Shown here: positions 26,320 to 39,944 of the stretch, piece by piece | How the letters are laid out: each line of letters begins with the position of its first letter | How positions within the stretch are numbered: the stretch's first letter is position 1 | NCBI RefSeq assembly: GCF_963921235.1 | Contig: NW_026948113.1 | Span: 372,001-436,000 of the forward strand | Direction of reading: 5' to 3' | Length of the DNA: 64,000 nucleotides | Source of the DNA: Mobula hypostoma | Taxonomy: Eukaryota | Notes under the pieces: model-generated | The model's database searches: none | What the model was told of the DNA's origin: nothing | The model's input: only the letters and a program-made list of their open reading frames with translations | Program-made: the position numbers and the translations under genes

Positions 26320-29300
26320 ACAAATTGCTGGAGGAATTCAGCAGATCAGGTAGCATCTATGGAAAAGAGTAAACAGTCTATGTTTCAGACCAAGACCCTT
26401 CATCATGACTGGAAAGAAACAGATAAGAATTCAAAGTAAGAATGTGGGTGGTTTGAGAGGAGGAAGTACAAGGTCATAGGTGACAGGTGAATCTGGGAGA
26501 GAGGGAGGTGTGAAGTAAAGAGCTTGGGGTTTGATTGGTGAAAGAGATAAAGGGCTAAAAATGGGGAAATCTGATAGGAAAGACAGAAGTCCATGGAAGG
26601 AAGTGCAGGGAAGGAGCACCAGAGGGAGGTGATGGGCAGGTAAGGTGAGAAAGGGAAATGGGGATGGAGAATGGTGAAGGAGAGGGGAGGAGGGGCATTA
26701 CCAGAAGTTTGAAAAATCAATGTTTATTCCATCAGGTTGGAAGCTACCCAGACGGAAAATAAGGACACATCGCAGCAATAGAGGAGGCCATGCATTGACA
26801 TGTCAGAATGGGAATGGGAAGTAGAATTAAAATCGGAGGCCACTGGGACATTCTGCTTCTTCTGGTGAAGAGTGTGTCAGTGCTTGGTGAAGCAATCTCC
26901 CAATTTATGTCAGGTCTCACCAATATACAGGAGGCCACACACCTGGAGCACCAGAAACAGTAGATGACCCCAACAGACTCATAAGTGAAATATCGTCTCA
27001 CTTGGAAGGACTGTTTGGGGCTCTGAATGGTAGTGAGGGAGGAGGTGTAGGAGCAGGTGTAACACTTGTTCTGCTTGCAAGGATAATGCCAGAAGGGAGA
27101 TCAGTGAGGAGGAACAAATGGACAAGAGAGTCATGTAGGGAGCGATTCCTGCAGAAAGCAGAAAGTGTGGTGGGGGGTGGTGGGGAGGGAAAATGTGTTT
27201 GGTGGTGGGATCCTGTTGGAGGTGGCAGAAGTTATGGAGAATTATGTGCTAAACGCAGAGGCAGGTGAGGAGGTAGCTGAGGACAAGAGGAACCTTGGCT
27301 GGGGTGGTGGGAGGATGGGGTAAGAGTAGTCGTGTGTGAAATAGAAGAGATGCAGTTGAGGGCAGCATTGATGGTGGAGGAAGGGAAGTCCCTTTCTTTG
27401 AAGAAGGAGGACATTTCTTTAGTCCTAGAATGAAAAGCTTTATCCTGAGAGCAGATTTTGCGAAGATGAAGGAATTGAGAGAAGGGGGTGGCATTTTTAC
27501 AAGTAACAGGGTGGGAAGAGTCCAGATAGCTGTGAGGGTCAGTGGGTTTATAAAAGGTATCAGTAGATAAGCTGTCTCCAGAGATAGAGACAGTGAGATT
27601 GAAAAAGTGAAGGGAGGTGTCAGAAATGGACCAAGTAACTCTGAGGGTGGAAACTGGAGGCAAAGTTGATGAAGTTAACAAGCTCCACATGGGTGTAGGA
27701 AGCAGCACCAGTGCAGTCCTTGATGTAGTGTAGGAAAAGTTTGGGTGTGATACCAGTGTAGGGTTAGAACAGGGGTCCCCAACCTTTTTTGCAACACGGA
27801 CCGGTTTATTACTTACAATATTCTTGCGGACTGGCCGACCCCCGGGGGGGGGGGGAGGGGGGAGGGTGGGTAGCGTTGCCAACGGACGAGAGTAGCAGTC
27901 AAATACGTTGCGTTTACCCTGTGAGACTACAATGACCATGAAGCCTTGCGCGGGCACCAGTGCGCATGCGTGTATGTGCCGATTTCTTTTCCCCTCCAAA
28001 TCGTTTTTGGCGATTCTGTTCGGAGGTTGGGGGGTGTTAATCACGACCGGAATATAGGTGATATTTGGCTAATACACTCAATTTCGTTTCTAAAAGGGTT
28101 TATCTAACGAATTATCTCGTGGGCGCTGTGGCCGGTCCACGAGACATCCAGATCCTTCAGTTCCCTACATTTTGTGATCTCAGAGGGCATGCACTGAAGG
28201 TAAGAGGGGGATGCGAGGGGTAAGTTTTTACTCAGAGAGTGGTGGATGTGTGGACGACACTGCCTGGTATGGTGGTGGAGGCAAATGCATTACAGGCTTT
28301 TAAGAGATGTTTGAATAGTCACATGGATGTGAGGAAGATGGACGGGTATGGACATGGTGTAGGTAGGAAGGAATAGTGTTTGGGTGTTTTTGATTTTTTA
28401 GCTGGTCAGCACAATACTGTGGGCTAAATGGCCTTTTCCTGAGCTGTAATGTTCTATGTTCTATGAATTTAATATTAAACACACAGCACATATTTTCCTC
28501 GCATAAATATAGAGATAAGTCAATTATCAGGGGAGCTTGAAGCAAGTGTTGAACGAACTTCCAGTAGAAGTGGTAGAGGCAGGTTCGATATTATCATTTA
28601 AAGAAAAATTGGATAGGTATATCGACAGGAAAGGAATGGAGGGTTATGGGCTGAGTGCAGGTCGGTGGGACTAGGTGAGAGTAGCGTTCGGCATGGACTA
28701 GAAGGGCTGAGATCGCCTGATTCCGTGCTGTAATTATTATATAGTTATATAAGTCAATAGTATCATAACATTTTAAGTAACGTTTGGACATTAAATACAC
28801 AGCACATATTTTCCCCGTATGAACACATAAAATCATTGCAACACACCAATATCGCTGAATCAGTGGGAGCCCTGGGCTTGTTTCCCTGCATTAAGACAGT
28901 GCCATCGAGGGGTGATACTCGAAGGGGGTTCCTTATGTCCAGTCTATTCCGCAATTTAGTTCTCGTTGCATTCATTGCAAAGATATGTTGGAAATGGAAG
29001 CAACGTTTTCAGTGCTTTCGCGGCTATCTCAGGATATTCAGCCTTGACTTTGATCCAGAATGCCGGCAGAGATGTTATATCAAATATACTTTTCAGCCCG
29101 CCGTCATTTGCAAGTTCGAGGAGCTGATCTCCTTCGCGCGCTGACATGGATGATGCGCGGGTAATGACCTCGCATGCATTCAAGCTCAACAGTGGCCGTG
29201 ACAGGGAATGAGGAAAGGTGCAGATGACTCATATCGCCAAATCATATCGTTTCCTCGCGGCCCGGTGGTTGGGGACCACTGGGTTAGAACACAGACTATT

Positions 29301-29850
29301 CCACGGAGCCAACAGAAATGCAAGCACAGCTGACAGCCATACAAGTCCCCATGCTGCACCTTTTTCTTGAAGGGAGGAGCCGAAGGAGAAGTTATTGAGA
29401 GTGAGGAACAGTTTCACGAGGTGGAGGAGAGTGGTGATGGAGGGGAACTGGTTGGGTCTGGTGTCCAGAAAGAAATGGAGAACTTTGAGGCCGTCCTATT
29501 GGGATGTGGAGGTGTATAGGGTTGAACATCCATAGCGAAAATAAGATGATCAGGTCCAGCGAACTTGAAATTATTGAAAAGATCAAGAGGGTGTGAAGTG
29601 TCAAGGATGTAGGTGGGTAGAGACTGAACGGGGTGGGGTGATAAAACTGAGTAGAGGTCTGCAGACATACGTTCAGTGGAGCAGGAACTAGCAGAAACAA
29701 TAGGTCTACCTGGACAGGCAGGGTTGTGGATCTTGGGCAATTGGTAGAAACGGGTTGTACGGGGGCAGGAACTATGAGGTTGGTGGCAGTGGATGGGAGA
29801 TCCCCAGAGTTAATATGGTCGGTGATGGTGTAGGAGACCGTTGACAATCT
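26320..29850 (-). mobile_element. Penelope-like element split by a hAT insertion (26320-27769 and 29290-29850)
   Basis: PLE RT remnants LPKIHNPACPGRPIVSASSC, FLTLNNFSFGSS and FYKPTDPHSYLD, plus GIY-YIG at 26744-27001. Confidence 0.85.
27770..29281 (-). mobile_element. hAT (Buster/Charlie-like) non-autonomous DNA transposon with both TIRs and TSD
   Basis: TIRs CAGGGGTCCCCAAC and GTTGGGGACCACTG, with a perfect 8-bp TSD GGTTAGAA (27762-27769, 29282-29289). Minus ORF 28956-29189 (LPAFWIKVKAEYPEIAAKALKTLLPFPT) matches the hAT dimerisation region. Two CR1 3' ends are nested inside. Confidence 0.93.
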
Positions 29851-30109
29851 TCTGAGACCCTGGGGTGGGGGGATCTACTATAATAATTGAGGTGCTCTCT
29901 CAGTGAACCTGGCCACTCCCTGTCCAGTATCGAAAAACACTATTCTGTGATCATTCCCTGACCAGCCCTGTTTCATGAAGTATGACTATGAATCAGCGGG
30001 TCAGGCCGCAGCTGTGGAGGGATCTGGACAGTGGACGTTTTGCGTTGACACTGCATTTTCCTTCACATCTGCCGCCTGACCCGTCGAGTTCTTCTAGAAG
30101 TTTTGTTTT

Positions 30110-30390
30110 ACCCAGTGATTGGAGGAGTTTTGTGCTGAGCAGTTTTCCTCGGGCTGTTCGGAGGTTCCTGAAATCTCCCGCCGGATTTGTTGCAACACAA
30201 CAGGAAGTGGTTTGGCTCCGCTCCCTCCCGCGATCAGCCGACACTCCGCTGCCCACACAGTCATTTCTGTAGAAGGATTTTCAGTTACTGGCTGCACCTG
30301 CACCGACTGGCCGCGTCTGTGAATCTCACTCCACCCTCAGCACTTCACTGACTAACAATCAGGGTTCAGTCGATGCGAGGAGTTGTCGCA
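30110..30390 (+). promoter_or_regulatory. Candidate CpG-rich, TATA-less promoter/5'UTR of the class I-like gene
   Basis: Inverted CCAAT (GATTGG 30117-30122), GTTGCAAC at 30189-30196, ETS CAGGAAGTG at 30201-30209, and local CpG enrichment upstream of the ATG. Confidence 0.5.
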
Positions 30391-30466
30391 ATGGAGAGCT
30401 GGACCGGACCGGTATCGCTCCTTGTCACCGCGTTATCTCTCTGCTCTGTCGCGGGAGACCAGGCAG
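30391..30466 (+). CDS. MHC class I-like gene, exon 1 (signal peptide)
   Basis: GCAATGG Kozak; MESWTGPVSLLVTALSLCSVAGDQA; phase-1 donor G|GTGAGG, which joins exon 2 to give D-S-H-S-L. A weaker in-frame ATG lies at 30373. Confidence 0.8.
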
Positions 30467-31769
30467 GTGAGGCGAGGGTATGTGACGGCGTTGGTCGGGG
30501 GTTGTGTCGGGAAATTCACCTTTAAATCTTTTGGAGTTCCTGGCTGTTGCTCCATTAGGCGGGAAGACGAACTCATCGCACTCCTGTGTTCTCATTTCAC
30601 TCTTGTGAAATTTCTGAAGTCGATAAACTCGGGGCAAAATGTACCTTGAATATGTTTCAGCGGTGGGTAGTTTGGGGTCTATCGCCAGTTCCCAAAGAGG
30701 AAAGTCCCACAATCTTAACAGAGGCATCACATTAAAGCAATTAATCTGAGTTTAACTATCCCTTAACTGCCACGTTACGTCAGTCTGTTTCACAATACCA
30801 GAGAAATACTCCTGTTCTACCCATTCCTCTAGGGTCTGCACACACATAGCGGTCCGAGTGGCCTCTTTCTGTGCCTTATGTGTGAATGACTTCTCTGCTA
30901 ACAAAAACTAACTTGATTTCTCTCATTCCAAGTTCTGTCTCAGGCTCCCGAATCTGAAACATTCATTCTTTGTCTCTCAACCAATGCTACCCGAACTGTT
31001 GCAAGATTTCCACATTAGTTCTGTTTCTCTGTCCTCGCATGCTATCGGAACTTTCCGTCTTTAACTTGAGACATTAACAGTTCCTCTTTTCCCCAGATAC
31101 TGCCTGGCCTGTTGACTATTGTCAGAACATTTTCTTTCTATTTTCAAAGTGCATCAAGAGTTGGCTCTAAGTTTTGGTGATTAATGTGGTAATAGACTGG
31201 CAGAACATTGATGCATGTTATGTACAAGGACTTCTGGGAGGTTTTGTAAAATCGCCAGGTTAACACCGCTCATGCCAAATGATGCAGCGGGAAGTGGAGG
31301 TCGTTGCCAGTGGACATGAGTGGCGAGTTCATCAAAGCTCTGGTGTTGGGGTGGTTGGTCAGTATGTTTACACATGGCAGACTATGGGAGAGTGTTCTGT
31401 GTCTGCACCGGCTGCTTACAGAAAATACAATGAAAAAGGAAGCAGAAAAATAGAAGCAATAAATCACAAAGAACAATATTGCTCAGTTTCAGATACCTTA
31501 GGTAACAGGGAATTTAGAACGCTCAGAGAGGTCATGTTCAGTCACATTTATTGTCATATGCATAAGAATGGTTAGACAGATAAAATGAAAATCTCGCTTG
31601 CAGCAGCATTACAAGCAGGCATATTCAGGGCACACACAATGACAATTATGCAAAGTTTATGCAAGTCAATGAACAAAAAATTACTGCAGATTGAGACATC
31701 AGAGCAAAAAAAAAACTGAATCAGAGATGCCCGGTTGCAGTAGTACACGGGAAAGCAACAGTGGCCGTG

Positions 31770-34530
31770 CCTCTGGCACTGAGTCTGGCCCTGTGGCTCA
31801 GAGGGGTAGGGAACTGAAGAGGGTGGCAGCAGTAATAGGAGATTCTGTAGGCAGGGGGACAGATGGGTGATTCTGTGGATGCAAAAAGGAAAAACACAGA
31901 TGGTAGTTTGGCTCCCAGGTGCCAGGGTCTGAGATGTTTCTGGACATGTCCACAATATCCTGAAAAGGGAGGGTGAGCGGAGAGAAGCCGCATTACATGT
32001 TGGTATCAATGATATAGGAAGGAAAAGGGATGAGGTCCTGTAAAAAAGAATATACGGTGTTAGGAAGGAAGCTGAGGAGCAGGACCTCAAGAGTAGTAAT
32101 CTCAGGATTGCTGCCTGTTCTACATGACAGTGAGGATAGGAATAGAATGAGGTGGCAGATAAATGTGTGGCTGAAGAATTGGAGCAGGGGAGAGGGATTC
32201 AGATTTCTGGATAATAGGGCCCTCTTCTGGGGCAGGTGAAACCTGTACAAAAAGGGATGGGTTGCATTTGAATCCAAGGGGGACCAATATTCTTGTGGGC
32301 AAACTTACTGGAGCTGTTGGGAGTGGTTTAAATGAATATAGCAGGTGGATGGGAACCAGGATGATAGAGCTGAGGATGAGCCTGCAGGTTTACAAGAAGA
32401 TGATGGGTGTAACATGTATGTAAGGAAGGACAAGCCAATGATTGGGTACAATTGCAGACAGAGCAAAGAGTTAAATTGTACCACAGAGGCAAAATTCAAA
32501 AGGGCGAAGAATGCAGGACTGAAGGTGCTGTATTTGGAATAAGGTGGAAGAACTCGTGGTGCAATTAGAGATTTTTCTGTATGACATTGTGGGGATCATG
32601 GAGCTGTGGCTGAAAAAAGGCCAAATTTGGGACCTCAACATCAAGGGATATACATTGTAAGGAAAGAACAGGCAAAAAGGCATAGGCAGTGGTGTGGCTC
32701 TGTTGGTAAGAGATGGAATTACATCTTTAGAAAGAGGTGACATAGGGTCAGAGAATGCTTGTGCTTGAGTTTACTCAGGGAAAGGCTATCTTAGATTGAG
32801 TGTTGTGTATTGAATTGACTTTATTACTTACATACTTCGTAATCTTTACGTTCGTCTCCATCTAAATGTGCAATGTGTAATTTATAGTAATTTATAATAA
32901 ATAGTATGTACAACATAGAAATTCAGTTGTGCCAGCATGAATTAAGCAGTCTGATGGCCTAGTGAAAGAAGATGTCCTTCTTGGTCCTGGCTTTCATGTT
33001 GTGGTACCGTTTCCCAGATGGTAACAGCTGGAACATTTTGTGGTTGGGGTGACTCAGGTCCCTAATGATCCTTCAGGCCCTTTTTACACACCTGTCTTTG
33101 TAAATGTCCTGAATAGTGGGAAGTTCACATCTCCAGATATGCTGTAATAACCCAGATCTTATCAGGGCGCTTAACATAAAGGATTCCGTAGGAGACAGTG
33201 ATCAAAATATGATGGAATTCATGCAGCAATTTGAGAGGGAGAAGCATAACTCACATGCATCAGTATCGCAATGGAATAAAGGGAATGACAGAGGCATGAG
33301 AGCGGAGCTTGCCCAGGTGGATTGAAGGAGAATACTAGTGGGGATGACAGCAGAGATGGCTGAAGTTTCTGGGAATAGTTCACAAGGCGCAGGATAGATA
33401 TGTGCCACAGAGGAAGAAGTTCTCAAATGGCAGGGCTAGGCAACCTTGGCTGACAAAGAAAGTTAAGGACTGCATAAAAGTCAAGGAAAGGACATATAAG
33501 CTAACAAATGTGAGAGGGAAATTGGATGATTAGGAAGCTTTTAAAATCCAACAAAAAGTAGCTAAAAAGGCTATGAGAAGGGAAAAGATGAAATATGAGG
33601 ACTGACTAGCCAATAATATGAAGCAGGACACCAAAAGTTTTTTCAGTTGTAGAAAGAGTAAAAGGGAAGTGAGAGTTGATATTAGACCACTGGAATATGA
33701 TGCTAGTGAGGTAGTAATGCAGGACAAAGAATTGGCAAAGGAACTTAATGGGTACTTTGCATCTGTCTTCACTGTGGAAGACACTAGCAGTGTGCCAGAG
33801 GTCCGTGAGTGTCAGAGAGCAGGAGTGGGTGTTTTGCTGCTACAAAGGAAAAAGTGCTAGCCAACTTCAAGGGTCTTAAGGTGGATAAGTCACCTGAGCC
33901 AGATGGACTATGTCCCAGAATCTTGAGAGAGGTTGCTGAAGATATAACAGATACATTGGACATGCTCTTTCAAGAAAAGCCAGGAAATAATAATAAGACA
34001 CTAATCAAGCCACACTTAAAGCATTGTGAACAGTTTTGAGCCCCATATCTCAGAAAGGATGTGTTATCATTGGAGATAGCACAGAGGAGGTTCAGGAGGA
34101 TGATTCTGGGAATGAAGAGGTTAACGTATGAAGTGTTTGGCAGCTTTGGACCTGTACTCACTGGAGTTTAGCAAAATGTGGAGTGATCTCATTAAAACCT
34201 ACTGAATGTTGAAAGGACTTGTTGGGGTGGATGTGGAGAGGATGTTTCCAGTGGTGGAGTATCCAGAACTAGAGAGCACAGCCTCAAAATTGAGGGGTGG
34301 CCCTTTGGAACAGAAGTAAGCAGCAATTTGTTTTAGCCAGAGAGCTTTAAATCTGTGGAATGCTCTGCCACGGACTGCCAAGTTTGTGCATATATTTAAG
34401 GCGGAAGTTGATCGTGATATGACGAGGATGCAGTGTATGGGGTTGAGTGGGATCTGGATTCAGCCATGATGGAATGCGGAACAGTCTCGACGGGCTGAAT
34501 AGCCTAAATCTGCTCCTTTGTCTTATGGTC
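31770..34530 (+). mobile_element. CR1 LINE (ORF1 esterase and ORF2 remnants) in intron 1, interrupted by a Rex1-type 3' fragment (~32775-33135, -)
   Basis: VIGDS and LHVGINDI (SGNH-type ORF1), LKVDKSPEPDG, and a CR1 3' end. Confidence 0.85.
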
Positions 34531-34599
34531 TGAAAGGTGCAAGAGGCAGTCTGTAGTGTTTCATTGCTGTTGTAGGGTTAGGATTGTGCAGGTTGGTTC

Positions 34600-36880
34600 A
34601 ATAACTGATGTCTGTAGGAAAGTAGCTGTTGCTGAACCTGATGTTGTGGGATGTCAGTCTTCCGTCCCTCCTGCCCGACAGTAGCAGCAAGAAGACTACA
34701 TGATGCGAATGGTGGGAATCCTTGATGGTAGATGTTGCCTTCTTGAAGCAGTGCCTCCTGTAGATACTGCTAGTGTTGGAGTAGGATGTGCCCATGGTGG
34801 ATCAGGCTGTGTCCACCATTCTCTGCAGCTCTTGTATTCCTGTCTATTGTAGATTCTGTACCAGGTTTTGATGCAGCTAGTCAGTAATGTCAAGATTTTA
34901 AAGAAAGTGATTCTTCTGCAGAGTCAGTACAGTCCTCCTGGGTCCATCAAACACCCATTTACACTCGTCTAATCTTATTCTTCCCTCATTCGCATCAACA
35001 CCTTCCCAGATACCACCACTCACACACACCTCAGGGGTGATTTACAGCAGCCAATTAGCCCACCAATCCACACATCTCTGTGGTGTGTGAGGAAATCAGA
35101 GCAACCAGGGGAATCCTATGATATCTTTCTCTGAGATGACAACACCGGGCAGTGCAGAACTGGGATATGCCCTTCAGCCCAAGATGTTGTGCCAAATTAA
35201 TTAAACCGGTAACTAAATGCCTTACTAATCTTAACCCTTCTGCCAATGTCCATATCCTTCCATTCTCTGCAATTCATGGGCCTTTCTAAGTGTTTCTTAA
35301 ATACCTCTAATGTATTTGCCTCCACCACCAGCCCTCACAGCTGATTCCAGACACTGACCACTCTGTAAAATAAACATTGGCCTACAAATATCCTCTGAAC
35401 TTATTCCCTTTCACTTGAAATATATGCCCTCTACTGTTAGATATTTTGACCCTGGGATGCCCCCGTAATCTTATAAACGTCTATCAGATCTTCCCTCGGT
35501 CTCTGTCACTCCAGAGAACAACTCCTCCTCCGCATACACATCACCGAGGATCTCAAATGGTCTGAACATACCAGCTGTTTGGTGAAAAAGGCACAACAGC
35601 ATCTCCTTCACCTCAGACGGTTGAAGAAGTTTGGTGTGGCCCCCCTCCAAATTCTAAGAACTTTCTACAGGGGCACGAATGAGAGCATCATGACTGGCTG
35701 TATCACTGCCTGGTACAGGAACCGTACCTCCTTTAATCACAGGACTCGGCAGAGAGTGGTGACAACAGCCCTGCTCATCTGGAGATGTGATCATCCCACT
35801 ATTCAGGATATTTACAAGGACAGGTATGTAAAAAGGGTCTGAAGGATCATTGGAGACCTGAGTCAACCCAACCACAAACTGTTCCAGCTGCTATCATCTG
35901 GGAAATGGTACCGTAGCAAAAGAGCCAGGACCCACAGGCTCCAGGACAGTTTCTTCCATCAGACTGCTTAGTTCATGCTGATGCAACTGTATTTCTATGT
36001 TATATTGACTATCCTGTTGTACATAATATTTATTATAAATTACTACAATTCTACATTGCACACTTGAACGGAGACATAATGTAAAGATTTTTACTCCTCT
36101 TGTATATGAAGGATGTAAGTAATAAAGTCAATTCAATTCAATTCTTATGTCCTCTAATCCAGGAAGCATTCTGGAAAATCTCTTCTGCACTTGGATACCT
36201 GGAACAGTCTTGTTACCATAAGACCATAAGCCATAGGAGCAGAATTAGGCCATTTGGCCTATCAAGTCTGCTCTGCCATTTCATCCAATTTTACTCACAG
36301 CTCCAATCTGTTGCCTTCTCCCTGTATCCCTCCATGTCCTGACCAGTCAAGAATCTCTCAACCTCTGCCGTAAATATACATAACGGCTTGACCTCCACTG
36401 CTGCTAAGTTGCCTGTGGCAAAGGATCCCACAGATTCACCATTCTCTGGCTAAAAAAAATTCCTCCTCATCTCTGTTCTAAAAGGACAACCCTCTATTCT
36501 GAAACTGTGTCCTCTGGTCTTCGACTCTCCCACCATAGAAAACATCCTCTCCACATTCACTCTATAAAGGGCTTTCACAATTTGACAGGTTTCAAGTAGG
36601 TCCCACCTCATTCTTCTGAATTCTAGTGAATACAGACCCAGAATCAACAAATGCTCTTTATGTGACAAGCCTTTCAATCCAGGAATCATTTCCATGAACC
36701 TTCTTTGAATCCTGTCCAGTTTCAGCACATCTTTCCTAAGGGGCCCAGAATTGCTCACAATACTCCACATGAGGCCTCACCAGTGCTTCATGAAATCTGA
36801 ACATTACACATTTGCTTTTATATTCTAGTCCTCTTGAAGTGACTGCTAACTTTCAATCCCACTTGGGCTACATCACTCAG
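34600..36880. mobile_element. Intron-1 LINE fragments: Rex1-type (-34600-34880; +35520-36145 with (CAATT)n tail) and CR1 (-35130-35520; -36215-36880)
   Basis: ORFs 35579-35842 (KKAQQHLLHLRRLKKFG) and 36450-36770 (LYSLEFRRMRWDLLE). Confidence 0.75.
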
Positions 36881-37607
36881 CTTCTTTCCTTTGACATTGA
36901 TCACTGCATTGGTGCTGCTCCCCACATTCAGACAGAACTGGAAATTATTATTTTCCTTGCTCCCAATTCTTAGCCTATTCTCCTCCTCACACAAGGCATA
37001 TCTAAGTCTTCCCTACCCTCACTACATTCACAAATGTCCTTTCAACCTACAGACTCCAACAACTATCTTTACTTTTCATCCTCCCACTCTGCCTCTTGTG
37101 GGACTCCACTACCTCTTTTCTGTGCTCTTTCTCTGTCACCTTTGCTGCGATGATGAGAATTTCTACACTGGTGCCCCGGAAATGTCTTCTGCTTCTCCTT
37201 GAACCTTGGTTTCCTCTCTATCATGGTGGACTTATGTTCCAGTATGTTTGCCTCTGACTTAGAAACAACTCTATAGTGGGAGTTGGTGCTCCTGTTTCCC
37301 TGCTGCCATTGACCTCCTTTGTGCTGGGGTTTGGGTTGTTTTGTTGGATTGGCTTCAGTGAGTATCTGCTTAGGATTTTGTTAACGGCCAGAGCAGTGAA
37401 GCAAGTTTTCATAGTGTTGGTTGCTCGTGTTTGGGGAGCTAATAAAGGGGGGTGGGAGTGCTGCCTGATCCAGTAGGATGTCTGTTTGGATGTGTATTAA
37501 TCCATTCAAGTGGCGAGTATACCATCAAACTCCCGAGTTGTGCGTTATAAATTGTGAGCATCCTTTGTTGTGTTCTGACACTCCTCTCTCTCTGTCCTTT
37601 TACTCAG

Positions 37608-37856
37608 ACTCACACAGCTTGATGTATTACTACTTCCAATCCATCAACATTCCTGAAATGCCAGCTTTCTTCAGGATTGGGATGCTCGATGACTTGCAGA
37701 TAGACTACTACGACAGCACACTCCGTGAAGTAGAAGTCAAGCACCAGTTGATCGCAGATGGCTTATCGACCAACTACCGGAAAGAACAGAAAGAAATAAC
37801 CGACCAGTTTTATAATTTCATCTTGACAAATCTGAAGCAATTTGCCTTATTCGTTA
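37608..37856 (+). CDS. MHC class I-like gene, exon 2 (alpha1 domain)
   Basis: Polypyrimidine-CAG acceptor and GTGAGT donor; 249 bp, phase 1/1. Translation DSHSLMYYYFQSINIPEMPAFFRIGMLDDLQIDYYDS...NYRKEQ... follows the class I alpha1 pattern. Confidence 0.93.
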
Positions 37857-38319
37857 GTGAGTGTCTTTGATCTCCACTACCCTTTGAGTATCACAGTGAC
37901 TTGCATATTGCCAATACTTTGATGTTCTATTAGATCTGATTATGTTGTATCCAGTTTGAAGTCCTTCACTCTTTCAAATCTCTCAAATCTCCATTCTGCT
38001 CTCTACCTTTCTTAACTCCAATTACAAGAATTCCATCCTAATCATCTGGGTAAGTTCTGACCCTTCAAAATAAACTGATTATCCAGTCCTCATTCCCCAC
38101 GGACCTCTTCAGAGAAACAGTGAAAATCAAACCCACTGTCCATACAGGCTTTGCCTGGCTCAAACCCTAATCCTAAGCCTACTCCCCAACTCCAGACTTG
38201 GGGATGCTTCAGTCTAGGATGGTTTGGCACTAAGTCGTCTATGGTTCTTATCTAGTCACCTGCCACAATGACGCTTTCCAGATCGAATTCGGTGAGGGGA
38301 CTCCATGCATTAGACCTAG

Positions 38320-39680
38320 AACGCTACAACACAGGAAAAGGCCCTTTGGCCCAAAATGTCCTGCTGAACTAATTGTATTAATAATCAAATGTCAAACTAA
38401 TCTCATCCTTTCTGCCTACACAATGTCCATGTCCTGCTCGCCTAAGCTTCTTGAACACCCTCTTTGTATCTGCTACTACCACAACCCCTGGAAGCACAAC
38501 TTAGGAACATGCCATTCTGTAATAGTCTTACCCTGCACATCTCCATTGAACATACCCCCTTTTCCATCCCCTCTTGTATTAGACATTTCAACTGAGGGAA
38601 AAATAATACCAGCTGTCAACTTTAAAACAGAGAAAACAGCCCAAATTGGTCAAATCACTTGTTATAGCACATGCCATCCAATCCAGGCAGCATCTGGTAA
38701 GCATCTTCTGCACCTACTCCAAAGCCTCACCGTCACAGAGTGACCAGAACTGCTGTGTTGCACACTCTGTGCTTATTGACACTGAATACAAACATGTTGC
38801 TTTCACTATTCTCCGCTGTAACTCTCTGCAGTGGACATGGTTCAGCGCAGACTGTACAGTGCAGTCTCTCACTGTGAGCCCCTGCTCTGACCCACATGTT
38901 GACAGAGTCCTTCAATGTGCCCCCTGCTTTGTATGTACAGTACTATGCACTGCACAGTGTTTCAATGTGATCTCTGTACTGTGCACTCTGCATAAGTTCA
39001 AGCTCGAGTTTATTTCTGATCGTAGGCTGACATACACAGGGTACAAATGCCATAAAATCACTGTTTTACAGCAGCATCATGGTATATTACAGGACATGTT
39101 AGCATGGAGTCAATTTTAAATAAATATGCACAACCAGCACATGTGCAAAGTAGTAGTAGTCGTAGTTGTAGTCGTAGTAATCATACTTTATTGATCCCGG
39201 GGGAAATTGGTTAATTGGAAATTGGAAAAAGGTATACAACAAAATTAATTTAACAATATTTGTGCAAGATTAAGAGCCAAGAATATAATCTAGGGTCTCG
39301 TTAAGGCTTTTCTGGTTGGTTAAAGAACCTGGTGGTATTGGGCATGGAGCTCTTGTTGGAGCCTGAGGTGTTAGTCCTTTGGCCTCTGTCCCTCCTTCCT
39401 AGTGGTAGCATCAAGAAGAGAGTATGTCCTGGATGATAGGGAGGGTGTGGCTCCTGGTGATGGATGTTGTCTTCCTGGGAAGTTGCCTTCCGCAGATGTC
39501 CTCAATTGTGGGGAGAGCTGTGCCTGTGATGGGCCTGGTTGAGCCCAGCACCCCCGCAGCCTTTTGTCTTTCAGGGCTTTGGAGTTTATCTACCAGCTGT
39601 GATGTAACCAATCCGAATGCTTTTCACTGCACGTTTGAAAACATTGCCATTCGTTAATGACAAATTGAATCTCTTTAAAC
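38320..39680 (-). mobile_element. Intron-2 LINE fragments (CR1 ~38320-38760; Rex1-type ~39145-39680 with (CTA)n tail)
   Basis: 3'-end signatures shared with other copies in the window. Confidence 0.65.
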
Positions 39681-39944
39681 TTTCCCCTCCCACCTTGCCG
39701 TGTAGATAGTTGCTCACATTGATTACTGATTCCACCAGACCCTGTGATCTGTGCCACACCCTGACAAATGTTCTATATAGGACACTTCACCCCATGCTCT
39801 CGGCCTTAACTGTACACAGTCGCTCACCGTGACCCACTACTTGGTGCACCTCTTAGTCACGTAGCATTTACGTATTTAGCAGACCATTATCTAGTATTGG
39901 AAGCTTCAGCCATTAATGTTAATTAATCTGTTGATAATTTGCAG

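Noticed and set aside
25620-26320. Purine-rich then AT-rich stretch with several short ORFs
   Set aside because: No recognisable domain, splice pattern or repeat family; probably a decayed TE.
27232-28044. 270-aa minus-strand ORF
   Set aside because: A chimeric read-through across the hAT end and PLE RT sequence.
30060-30125. MHC S-X-Y promoter module
   Set aside because: Only an inverted CCAAT is present. No X1/X2 box lies at the expected spacing, and the upstream part is a PLE terminal remnant.
37478-37607. N-terminal part of ORF 37478-37870 as coding
   Set aside because: It lies upstream of a clear acceptor at 37606-37607 and is intronic. The real leader is at 30391-30466.
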